A DNA stretch of 64,000 bases from Eledone cirrhosa (lineage: Eukaryota): assembly GCA_964016885.1 (NCBI GenBank), contig OZ024743.1:247070001-247134000 (forward strand), written 5' to 3'. The notes under the pieces were generated by a model. That model did not search any database. It saw nothing but the letters and a program-made list of their open reading frames with translations, and was not told where the DNA came from. The first letter of the stretch is position 1. Every line of letters begins with the position of its first letter. The position numbers and the translations under genes are program-made. Shown here in pieces: positions 40,197 to 52,029 of this stretch.

Positions 40197-43100
40197 TTAC
40201 AGATATATACTCAGAGTAGGCCCATTCACTCGGGCCATTCTTGCTTCTCTCACCCATCTTTCAACAAAATGCTGGGAAGAGAGTACTTCCCTCTCTACTC
40301 TGATCTTCCTTTTCAAATGAAATTTGAAAAAGTCAATCAGAGCATCACCGAAGAGGTAAGTGCTCGTCTTCAGCCCTTTCAAACGTGTCCACCATACTAT
40401 CTCTTTCGCCATGGCCACCAGACAGATAAAAACTTCCTGCCCTTCCCGGCTAAAGGAGGAGGGCGGGGCAATCCTCACGATGGACTCAGATGATAGCCGG
40501 ATCCGTCCTACACGCGACAGCAGGTGTTCGACATAAACCCACAAGTCAGCAATTTTCGGACACTGGACGAGTGCGTGCAGGACGGTTTCGTCGCCCTGCG
40601 CGCATCTCGCACATGCCCGGCTGACGGCACCTCCATGCCTGTAGAGTTTATCCCGAACTGGCAAGGCTCTTCGGTAGCACTACCAGGCCAGAGATTTCTG
40701 GAAGTTGTCCATAGGCCCTGGCCCGAAAGTTCTTCCGAAGAGATTGGCTAGTTGATTTTCGTCGACGCCTAGAGTTTCACCAAGTACGTCGTCACTCATC
40801 CCCTCCACTAATCCTCTATAGAACGCCGAGGTGGAGTTTCCACCGATCACATTGCCTGATTGGTCGAGGGCTGTGAGCGCCTGAAGACATTCCAGTCTCC
40901 AGGCGCTCCCTCTCGGTCTTCGCTTGACCCAGGACTGCAGCTCCGTCAAGGAAACGAGCTGGGGAAATACGTGTCTAGCAAACGACGACCACACCTGATC
41001 ACCGTCGAGGAAGAGGTGGAGATGTCGTAGCCTGAGCGCGTGCCTGCGCATCATCAGCCACGGCATGCCCAGCCCTCCACGTAGCGGGTGTTGACAACAG
41101 ATGGACTGCCTGACCATCGGAGCGCGTCCCTTCCACAAAAAGCGAAAGAGCACCGCTTCGTATTCTCTTAGTGTAGTGCCGATCGCCTCGATGTGTTTGG
41201 CGTTCGACACCACTACGGTGACATCGTCCGCATATGCTGACACAGATCTTCCGCATCCTAGTTCGCGCGGGACGCCCCTCAACGTCTCCAGTTTGTGCAG
41301 TAATGGCTCGAGAGTCAATACGTACAAGAGGGACGAGAGGGGACATCCTTGGCGGACCGAGCGCATGATGTTGAACGGTTCCGAAAGGTGACCGTTCACT
41401 CTCCCCACAGAGCAGATGTCGCTGTGCATGGCAGCGATCCAGCCTCTGAAGACGGGCCCAAAGCCAGCCGCCCTCAGGACTGCCGCTAGGTAACGATAGT
41501 CGACCCTATCGAAAGCTTTCGACTGATCTAAATTGATCAAGGACCCACCCGTGCCAGGTTCCCTAGCTACCCTCTCTACGATGTATCGCATGAGGTGGAG
41601 GTTGTCGTGGATGGATCTGTCTGGAATGGCGCATGTCTGCGCCCCTCCCACCAGACCACCAACGACAAGCGCCAACCTCTTTGCTAGCACCTTGGCCAAA
41701 ATCTTGAACTCTGTGTTTAGCAGAGTTATGGGCCTGAAATTATCTATGTTATCCCCCTTGTTCGGATCCTTTCTCAGCAGTGCCACCGTTCCTAGGCTCA
41801 CAGAACTGGGAATTCTTCCGTTCTGTTGCCAGTTGCAGTAGACGTCCGCCAAGAGGCCTCCGAACAAGTCTGGCATCTGTACGTAAAGTTCATAGGGCAG
41901 ACCATCCAAACCAGGCGATTTACCCCTTGTGCAGCCAGTCATTGCCTCCCTTACTTCAGCGGCTGTTATCGGCTTTTCGCAACACTCCGCCTCAGTGGCC
42001 GAGAGCCGCGGCAGTCCGTCGAGGTAGACACTAAAGTCCATCCCTCGACCCGGCCCACCGCTGCCCCCGAACAGCTGAGTGAAGTGTCGCTGAAAAGCTT
42101 CACACATTTGCCCGGGATCGAGTAGCATGCGCCCGTCGTGGTCCACCAAAGACCGGATCGTGGCTTTGTTGCAACGACGCGCTCCGCCACTCGGGCCCAT
42201 TGAACGGCTTTCGTCCCCTCGTGTCTGAGAGCACGCACCCTAGCTCTGACAACGCAGCCTTCGTGCTTTGCATTGAAGAATTGGTCAAGGGCCAATTTCG
42301 CCGCAAGCACGTCAGTCGCAATGCCTTTGCTAAGCGCCTCGTCTAATTTTCTAACTAGTTCTCCCTCTGCTCTATTTTTCTCTATTGCTAAAGCCTTACT
42401 AAACCTAATGGATTCTATTCTAATCGCTCTTTTCAGAGCAAACCACCACTTGTTGTTGACGATGGCCCCCGTTAACGCCCGCTTAACTAGTTCGCTAATC
42501 CGGTCTCTGTAGGCCTTGCGCGCTGGTAAGGACGCGTTTAGCTTCCAGTAGCCGGGTCCTCGTCTATGAAGCCTATCTAAATCAAGCACACAGATCACGA
42601 ATTTGTGGTCCGTGTAGCTGACTATCTTGAATTGTGAACAGCCTATGCTAGACCTATCTATTTCCCTACAAAATACTCTATCTAGATATGATCTGGATGA
42701 CCCTATGCGATTTGTCCAAGTCCACATTGGCACATTCGGGAAATCCAATCGGTACCTGTCAGACAGTTCAAAACGCCTGAGCAGGTTGGTGAGGCTCTTG
42801 CACCCTCCACCCCTATCCGCTAATCCCACACAGTCCCAGCGTGCATCTAAGATCCCGTTCCAGTCGCCCACTAACACTAAAGAGCGGGACGTTCCAAGAA
42901 AGGTCTCCAGACGCCGGAAGAAATCAGGCCGCCCTGCTCCTGTCGGGGCATAGACGGCCACTAGCCTGAAAGCTTGCCCGTCTCCGCTGGTCACGTCCAG
43001 CACCACCAACTTACCCTCTGGGTCCAGGAAGATGGCCCGTATGGCGAGATCCAAACCTCTCCGAAAAAGCACAGCAACTCCTCCCCCCGATCCAGGACGG

Positions 43101-43285
43101 CTGGGAGATGCGTACACATCGTAGCCGCCGAAGATCGGTGCGAAGGCCCGTGCTTCGGAGATTCTGGTCTCGCTGATGGCCACTACATCTATGTTTAGTG
43201 ACCTGAGGTCGTTGAGCAGGTGACCCTGCTTCCATGACGACCCCAAGCCACGCGCATTTATGCTGCCTATTCTGAGTGAGGTCAT
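40197..43285 (-). pseudogene. Tx1-like ORF2 endonuclease/reverse transcriptase, disrupted
   Basis: SINARGL, ISET, GDWN, SYLDR, TDH (APE); LDQSKAFDRV, RQGCPLS, YADD (RT). Frameshift near 42190, stop near 40680, internal deletion at 41150/41151. Confidence 0.9.
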
Positions 43286-43320
43286 GTTTAAAATAGAGTG
43301 GAAAAGATGGGAAAGACCAC

Positions 43321-45319
43321 TTACCGTACTTTTCGTAGAGGAGGGATGGAAAAACCATCCCTTTTCACTTGATCGTCTGGTGAAGGGACCGTTGAATCGT
43401 CCCTTCGGCTGGTCGTCGGCTCTTCTATGAGTATGTCCGAATATACTCTTCGATTGAGAGTCCCTCCTAGGTCTCTGAAATCACCAACTGCGTTGGGGAA
43501 TTTCGTTTTAATGTTTGTGTGTTGTTTCTGTGCTATTTTTAGCAGTCTTATGTTAGTTGGCGTTTTGATTGGTGCTGGTATTATGTAGTCGTGTTGTGAA
43601 ATGTCTGTGTGTTCAATTATGTAAGTCATTAGTTTCTTGTGTGTATTTATTGCCGTGCATTTGTTTTTCTGGGGGTGGGGTGTGGTTCTGCTATTTTCTT
43701 GTCGTTGTTGCTGGGTGTGTGTGTTTTGTTGTTGTGTTTGCGATGTTGGTGCTTGTGGTGGTGGTGTTGAAGGTGCTGTTGTTGTTGGCGGTGGAGTTGT
43801 CGCCGGTGGTGATGGTGGTGCTAGTGTGGGTGGTGATGGTGTTGGTGGTGTTGCTGCTGTGAGTCTCTTTGCAGTAGCCTTTACCCTTTTTTCATTTCTT
43901 TCCTCCCTTTTCGAAGGCGACGATGCGCTGCTTCTGCGTTTGTGCCTTCTTACGACCTTTTGCCATCCCTCTCCCACCTCACACTCCATGTCTGATTCTG
44001 TGAGGTCGGGGAGGGGTACCAGCTCCACTCTTTCACTTGTTGTTGTTGGTGATGTTTGCACTGGAGTCTCTGTTGCAGCTGCATTTGGTATTGCTGTTGT
44101 TGTTGTTGTTAATACTTCCACTGCTGCTGCTGTTTTTGATTTCCGTGGCGTGGGTATGGGTGCCACGGACCTATCGTTCCTGGTTACCGCTTGTCCTGTT
44201 GCTGGTAGCCGTGGAGCCGGTTTCGGAAGGAGTGGGGTTTTCTCCTTTCTCAGGGTCTTCTCGTTGCAGAAGGCCCTGAGGTGAGTCTTCGATCCACAGC
44301 GAAAGCATTTCAGGCGTTTGCCCTCAACACTTATGGGCAGTTGAGTGCCGTTATCGAAGTCTATCACATCCGGGATAGCTTCGATGCACTCCTGGTTGGT
44401 TTGGATTAACATCTCAATGGAGGTGCCGCCCCAATCTTCTCTTACTTTTTTCTGTACTTGCAGTACAGTTGTTTTGTCCTCGATTCCGACGAGGACAGAC
44501 GCGTCCAGCCAAGAAGGGGCCATCCCGGGGGGGGACGTGGGTCAGTTTGACCCTCACAATTGTTTGCCCGCAGTAGGAGGGCACCAACACCATTTCCTCG
44601 CTCCTTAGGGTCACTAAGGATTGAGCCTTTGCCTCCTGGGGTGTGGCAAAAAGTACGTCTGCGGTGGCATATTTCTTGCCTCGGGTGATGTGCGTTTTCC
44701 GCTGCCACACAGACCCCAAGGCTTTTTGTATTTGAGCCTCTGTTGCTCTTTCAACCCTACGGGATTTTGTACTTACTGTACGGTACGTGACCGTACAGTG
44801 CTGTTGGGTTTCGAAAAATTTTTCGGCTGCCTTGCAGATTGCTCGGTGTCCAGTTTTTGTCACCATCTTCTTCGCTTCCTCTAATTCCTCATTTGTTATG
44901 AGGATGGTTTCCAGGTTCTTTGCGATACCTGCAAACGAGATTGGTTTTTCTTTGCTGCTGTTGTTGTTGTTGTTGTTGTCGTCAGAGCTGCTGTTACTTT
45001 TGTTGTTGTTGCAGGTACTACGACTACTGCCGCCGCCGCTGTTGCTGTGGTTGTTGTTGTTGTTGCTGCTGCTAATGCTATTGTTGTTTATGCTGCTGCT
45101 GATGCTGTTGCGGCTGCTACTGTTGTTTTCCTTGTCACTGTTGCTGTTATTACGGCTGCTACTGCTATTATTCCTGACGTCAGACGAATGAAATGGGTTT
45201 TCGTATTTCCCGCACACCTGTTTCATCGTTGTCGTCGTCGTGGAGAAATCTTGCACGCTTTGCACGAGATTTTTCTTTTCTGTCGTCGCTTGCGAAAGAG
45301 AAGGGAGGGAGAGAGACAC
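43321..45319 (-). pseudogene. Tx1-like ORF1 (gag-like, CFRCGSKTHLRAFC knuckle, N/S-rich N-terminus, P/T-rich linker) with one frameshift
   Basis: ORFs 44414-45319 and 43321-44523 overlap at a G/C homopolymer near 44524-44535. Confidence 0.8.
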
Positions 45320-45647
45320 ATTTAAAGAAGGGGGGAGAGAGACAATCTTCTCTCTGCTGTAGTGACGATTGAGGAAGAAGAAGACGGAATGAGTGGGAGT
45401 GACCTATGAAAATTCTTTTTCGTAGCCATGTTGTTGTTTTTTTGTTTAAAATAAATATTGGGCACAAAACCCCAATAAGCGGTTATTTAACCCCGAAGGG
45501 CCAAATAACGGGCAGAAAGACTCCTCTCACGAGGAGGAGGGTGTTTTTGTCTACAATTTGGTTAAAGTTTTAAACAATTTACAATTGTTATAGCAGTCAA
45601 AATTTACAATACCTTACAGAGCCGAGCCTCCGTCAACCATAGCATTC

Positions 45648-47543
45648 AATAATAATAATGATAATGGTTTCTTTATTGGCCACAAGGGCTAACATGAAGA
45701 AAAACATTACAGACGGCACAGGACGATACAAAGTGGGTTTTGGCCGTGTAAAAATGTTATAACAAGACAGAAACGTGTAAAAATAAATTAAAAAATTTTC
45801 AAACAACAAAAATTTCCCCAAAAGGGGGAAACCTCCGAGGGTCACTCGTGGCGAAAACCACACAAAAGACCACGGCCACCCTGACCACCAGGGCAAGCGC
45901 CCTCTCTCAGTTTTCCCACTCCTCAGTCTACAGGCGCATACTCGCCACTTTCACCCACCTTTCAACAAACTTACTAGAAGATAGCACTTGCCTTTCCACC
46001 CTGATTTTCCTCTTCAAGTGAAATTTGAAAAAGTCAATTAGGGATTGGCCGGATAGGAAAGTGTCCGTCTTCAATCCTTTCAACCTTGTCCCCCACACAA
46101 TCTCTTTCAGCATGGCCACCAGGCAGATGAAAATTGCCTGCCCTTCCTCCTCTGGTGAGGCTATCTGCACAATGGACTCAGTCGATAATCGGATCCGTCC
46201 CACACGCGACAGCAACTGTTCGACATAGCTCCATAAGTCAGCAATCCTCGGGCACTGAAACGAGTGCGTGCAGGACGGTTTCGTCGCTCTGCACGCATCT
46301 CGGACAGGCTCGGCTGACAGCACCTCCGTGCCTGTAGAGCTTATCCCGAACCGGCAACGCTCCTCGGTAGCACTGCCAGGCCAGGGCTTTCTGGAAGTTG
46401 TCCATAGGCCCCGGGCTGAAAGTTCTCTTGAAGAGAGCGAACAGCTGATCGTCCTCGACGTCCAGGGTCTCCCCGAGAACGTCGTCGCTCTTCCCCTCCA
46501 CTAACCCTCTATAGCACGCCGAGGTGGATGTTCCACCGATATCAGTGCCCATCTGGTAGAGGGCGGTGAGCGCTTGGAGACATTCCAGCTTCCAAGCGCT
46601 ATCCCTCGGTCCTTTCCTGATCCAGAACTGCAGCTCCGTCAAGGAGACGAGCTGGGGAAAAGTGTGTCTGGCAAACGGCGACCACACCTGTTCACCGTCA
46701 AAGAAACACCAGAGATCTCGCAGCCTCAGCGCATGTTTGCACATCATCAGCCACGGCATGCCCAGTCCTCCACACAACGGGTGCTGACAGCAGATGGATC
46801 ATCTGACCATGGGAGCACGTCCCTTCCACAAAAAGCGGAAGAGAAGGCGCTCCATTTTGGTCAGAGTTGGGCGGGGGCAAGGTACGACGGTCAGGCGGTA
46901 GCAGATGACGGACGCGATGTACGCATTCGCCACCTCCACCGACCTTTCAGACACAGCCACCTCTCGGCCCATTTCTGGGTAAGAGAAGCCACCCTGCTCG
47001 TCACCTCGCTCCAGTTTTTCTCCATCTGGAGGTCTGGACCGAACCAGACCCCGAGCAATTTAACCGTTCCTTCCGTCCAGCGCCCCACTACGCTGTCGGA
47101 CGGCATGGACTTGCCTCTCCAGTGCCGAGTTGCAAGCCCACCGACTTTTCCTGATTTATCTTTGCTCCTCTCACCGCTTCGTATTCCTTGAGAGCGGTGC
47201 TGAGCATCTGGGCGTGTTTGGTGCTCGACACCACCGCGGTGACGTCGTTGGCGTAAGCCGACACGGATCTCCCGCATCCCAGTTCGCGAGGGAGTCCCCT
47301 CATGGTCTCCAATTTGTTCAGTAATGGCTCGAGGGCCAGTACGTACAAGAGGGACGAGAGAGGACAACCCTGGCGGACGAAGCGCATGATGCTGAACGGC
47401 TGCAGCAGATGACCATTCAGCCTCACAATCGAGCAGATGTCACTGTGCTTCGCAGCGATCCAGCTCCTAAAAACGGGCCCGAAGCCGGCCGCCTCGAGGA
47501 CCGCAGCCAGGTACCGATGGGCGACCGTATCAAATGCTTTAGA
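45648..47543 (-). mobile_element. Tx1/L1-clade copy 2, 5'-truncated, diverged from copy 1
   Basis: From KAFD through the C-terminal zinc motif; ends AATAAAGAAACC(ATT)n directly against the 5' end of copy 1. Confidence 0.9.
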
Positions 47544-47775
47544 TTATAATGATTTCTAGTATAGGCACAAGGCCAGTAATTTTTTTTTTTGGGGGGGGGG
47601 GGGGGAGTCGATTAAATCGACACCAGTACGTTACTGGTACTTTATTTTATCAACCCCGTAAGGATGAAAGGCAAAGTTAACCTCGGCAGGATTTGAACTC
47701 AGACCGTAAATGGCCGTAACTCTATGCTAAAAAGCATGGCGTCCGACCCTCTACCGATACTGCCAATCCACCGCC

Positions 47776-47777
<2 letters not shown>
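47544..47777 (-). mobile_element. Complete tRNA-derived SINE between Tx1 copies 2 and 3
   Basis: Sense head GGCGGTGGATTGGCAG...GAGTTCAAATCC; 3' end ggccttgtgcctatactagaaatcattat. Confidence 0.9.
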
Positions 47778-47830
<53 letters not shown>

Positions 47831-48680
47831 TTTCTTTATTAACTACAAGGGTTATCATCAAGAAAAACATTAGGGCTGCACAGGACGAAAACAGTGTATG
47901 TTGGTGTGGCGGGTTTGTGTGTAATCAAATTTAACAATGTTAAAAAAGAAAGATAACAATAAAAATCAAAACGGGATTCCTCAAAAGGGAGGAGACGTTC
48001 GAGGGTCACTCGTGGGAAAAACCCCATAAAATCACGATGCTCTGATCTCTAGAGTAAGTGCCCTGTCCCTGTATTACTCCTCCAATTTACAGGCTCACAT
48101 TCCCAGCAGGTCCATTCACTCGGGCCATGCTCACCTCTCTCGCCTACCTTTCAACAAATTGCTTTGATGGCAGCACTTCACTCTCCACCCTGATTTTTCT
48201 CTTCAAGCACGTCCACCATATAACATATTTTGCCATGACCACAAGACAGATAAAAACAGCCTGATCTTCCTGACTAAGGGAAGGTGGTGGGAAATCTTCA
48301 CAATGGACTCGGCTAATATATGGATTCATCTTACACGCGACAGCAGGTGTTTGACATAAACCCACAAGTCAGAAATGCCTGGACACTGGACAATTGCGTG
48401 CAAGACGGTTTCGTCGCCCAGTGCGCATCTCGGACAGGACCAGTTGACGGCATTTCCATGCCCGTAGAGTTTATTCCGAACTGGCAAAGCATCTCGATAG
48501 CACTGTAAGGCCAGGGATTTCTGAAAATTATCCATGGGCCCTGGACCGAAAGTCCTCTCGAAAAGAGTGGCTAGTTGATTTTCGTTGATGTCTATAGTTT
48601 CCCAAAGAACGTCGTCGCTTTCATCTGCCACTAACCCCGTATAGAACGCCAAGTTGGAGGTTCCACTGATCATACTGCCT
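47778..48680 (-). mobile_element. Tx1/L1-clade copy 3, short degraded 3' fragment
   Basis: GPMDNFQKSLALQCYRDALPVR...CPRC...ETVLHAIVQC; ends AATAAAGAAATC(ATT)n. Confidence 0.88.
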
Positions 48681-49189
48681 CTGTGGCTCTCTCTCTACTT
48701 TTCTCGTTTTCAACCCAATAATACGATATGACACTGCGATCTATCGTGCTTTGAATTGTTTCGACAGAAGTCTTAAGGCTGACAATATGGCCATCTTCAG
48801 AAAAGCTTATTTTCCTGAAAGTTGACTTGATAGCACTAGCAAAAAAAGCTTTGATAGTGCTATTAACTGTTTTGTTCGTTGGTTCGTTGTTGTCGTCGTT
48901 GTTGCTGTTATTCTTGTTGTTTTCACTGATATTGTAGCTGCTGTTATTGTGTTTGCTGTTGGTTTCTTCGTGCTTCTTGTTTTTATTTTCAGGTGATCTT
49001 ATTTATCACTGTTTTCATTGTTGCTGTTTCTATTATTGTCTTTGTTGTCATTGTTGTTGTTGGTATTACTATTAAGCAATATCATTCAAAATTATATTAT
49101 TTTTCATTTTCAAATTCACCTTCATTATACAGACGCTGTCACCTTTCTTCAAATCAAGCGTTGACAACGTCTCCCTCTCTCTATTTTAT

Positions 49190-52020
49190 CGCCCTGGGTA
49201 CATTTCGGACAGGCTAGGCAGATGGCACTTCCATGCCTGTAGAGGTTATCTCGAACTGGAAAAGCTCCCCGGTAGCACTGCTAAACCAGAGATTTACTGA
49301 TGTTATCCATAGGCCCTGGACAGAAAGTCCTGCAGAAAAGATTAGCTAGTTGATTTTCATCGACGCCCAGAATCTCCCCAAGAACATCATCGTTTTTATC
49401 CGCCACTAACCTTATATAGAACGCAAAGGTGGAGTTTCCACCGATTGACTGAGGACTGTGGGCGCTTGAAGATATCCTAATTTCCAAGCGCTCCCTCTCG
49501 GACTTAACTGACTAAGGAATACAGCTCTGTCAATGAGACAAGTTGTACAAATACGTGTGTAGCGGATAAGTGGTATTCTTGATGGGTGTTTGTTGAAAAG
49601 AACAATGCCATGATTGAGTTGTTAACAACGTTTATTTTGTAATAACAATATTCACTTTGAACATCAAGTAATAATATTTATGACATGAATTATCCCTACA
49701 TTGATTACTAGCTACTACGAGCTAGCGTAAATGCATGTTTCACAGAAAACGATATAGTAAAAGTTGTGTTGTATCTTACGGATACAATATGACAGGAAGA
49801 ATAGGGTGAGCGTAGAATGTAAATAATATGAACTTACTATGTGTGTGTGTGTGCCTATTCTTAGAATACATTATTGTCGTAGTGGTAGTGGTCAATCTGT
49901 CAGGCAGGCATGGTTGGCTGTCTGGCTGTGTCTGTGGTCGAGAAGGTGACAACCAGTGAGGGCCAGGAGAGAGATAGAGTGAAAAGTCTGCTACATCGTG
50001 AACCTTAACACGGACAGCTTGCTCCGGTCTCTCTGACTTTTATATTCCTTAACTCCTTGTATTTATAATAGTGCTATAGTTATAAGGGTGTGTATATGAG
50101 GTTGATTTATGATCAGCCATGTGGATATTTTCTCCCAAGAAGCTGTGGTCACAGGTCAACCTGCAACTCAGCGCCTAGAAAGGCAAGTCCATGTCCAACA
50201 GCATCGCCGGGCGCTGGATGGACCAGTTAAATTTCTCTGGGTCTTGTTCGGTCCTGCCCTCCAACTGGACAAAAGCTGGGACGAAGTAATGACCAGGGTG
50301 GCCACTCTCACCCAGACATGGGCTGAGAGAAAACTATTCCTGAAAGGTCGGACAGAGGTTGCGAACACACACATCGTGCCATCTACTGCCAGCTGACCGC
50401 TGTGTCTTGTGATCGACGTCTGACCGCACTGGAGCGTTTATTATCGTTGTCTTTGACAAGACAATGGTGGGAACTTTCAACGATAGATGGTCCCAGAGGC
50501 GAGAAATCTCAGATTCGGTTTCGAATCTTCGCCAGTAAAATATAGGAGTATTCCATTATACGTGCCCAGCAAACGGCGACCACACTTGTTCGCCGTCAAG
50601 GTAAATCTGGAGATGACGTAGTTCGAGCACATGTTCACGCATCATCAGCCTCGACATGCTCAGTCATCCACGCAGCGGGTGTTGGCAGCAAATGAACCGC
50701 CTGACCAGTGAAACCTGTTCCTTCCACAAAAAGCGAAAGAGTAAACGCTCCAGTGCAGTCAGACGTCGATCACAAGACACAGCGGTCAGCTGGCAGTAGA
50801 TGGCACGATGTGTGTGTTCGCAACCTCTGTCCGACCTTTCAGGAATAGTTTTCTCTCAGCCCATGTCTGGGTGAGAGTGGCCACCCTGGTCATTACTTCT
50901 TCCCAGCTTTTGTCCAGTTGGAGGGCAGGACCGAACAAGACCCCTAGAAATTTAATTGGTCCATCCAGCGCCCGGCGACGCTGTTGAACATGGACTTGCC
51001 TTTCTAGGCGCTGAGTTGCAGGTCCACCGACTTGATTAATTTTTTCTCCTGTTATCACTTCATACATTTGCTGCTTGACACCCCAACGGTGACATCGTCG
51101 GCGTATGTTGACACAGATATTCCTACCGCCTAGTTCACGCGGGATGCCCCTCAATGTCTCCAATTTGTGTATTAGTGGCTTGAAAGTCAATAAATACAAT
51201 AGAGATAATAGAGGACAACCTTGGCGGACCGAACACATGGTGTTGATCAATTCCGTGAGATGGCCGGTCACTCTGACCTCAGAGCAGATATCGCTTTGCC
51301 TTGCAGCGATACATCCTCTAAAATTCTGGTCTCGCTGATGGCCATCACATCTATGATCAGTGACCTGAGGTCGTTGAGCAGGTGGCCCTACGTCCATGAC
51401 GACCCCAGGCCACATGCATTTATACTGCCTATTCTGAGTAAGGCCATATTAGATAAAGAGTATGGGTAAAGGGTTACCTATTCGTGTGGAAGAAGGGATA
51501 GTAATTCCTTTCCCTAGCCAGTTGTAGGCAGACACCTCCACAAGAATGTCAATGTATATCCTTTTAGATATCGTTCCTCGGAAATCCCCAATTGCACTAG
51601 GGAAAATTTCTTTAGGGTGTGATTATTTTTATGTTTGCGGGCAGTGCGATATTTTGGGTGTGGGGTGGGGTGGGTGGGGTGGGGTGGGGGATAATCTATT
51701 TTTCCTTCTGTAATGTTGATGTGCTGTATGTGGCGAATTACATTTCTGTTGTCTGTATTTACATTTCTGTATGAAACGTGTGAAATTATTGTTTACGTTT
51801 GTTGTTGTTTGTGCGGGTACTAGATGGATTGTAGATGTTGGTGTCTGTGGTGTTGATGGTGGTGAGCTTTGTGTAGGTGTTGGCATTTGTTGCCTCACCG
51901 TTTTGGCATTTTTCTTTTCCCCACTTTCGTCCTCTCATTTCTTTTCTTTTCTTGGGGGTGGGGTGGACAAGACGGAGTTTTCTTTTTTTTTTTTTTGTTC
52001 TTGTGGCTGCAAGTTATATT
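49190..52020 (-). mobile_element. Tx1/L1-clade copy 4, rearranged (ORF1 tail, EN start fused to mid-RT, LTR-like insertion)
   Basis: NAIGDFR..ISKRIY (ORF1 end, near 51560); RIGSINACGL...ISETRI joined to FRGCIAA...RQGCPL near 51320; GPMDNI near 49310. Confidence 0.8.
49558..50560 (-). mobile_element. Probable solo LTR inserted in Tx1 copy 4
   Basis: The Tx1 sequence is interrupted and resumes across duplicated (ata)cgtg. Ends tgtagcgga...tccattata form an imperfect TG..CA-type inverted pair. TATA-like motif (about 50040) and AATAAA (about 49631) on the minus strand. Confidence 0.5.
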
Positions 52021-52029
52021 AAACTGTTT

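Larger units (their letters stand above)
39901..45647 (-). mobile_element. Tx1/L1-clade LINE copy 1, apparently full length (5'UTR, ORF1, ORF2, 3'UTR, (ATT)n tail)
   Basis: ORF1 with CCHC knuckle; ORF2 with APE, RT and C-terminal CxxC...ETxxH...C; sense 3' end AATAAAGAAATC(ATT)n. Confidence 0.92.

Noticed and set aside
45465-45545. HDV-like ribozyme in the Tx1 5' UTR (CCTCCTCGTG on the minus strand)
   Set aside because: P3 does not pair properly and P1/P2 could not be assigned; simple hairpins explain it.
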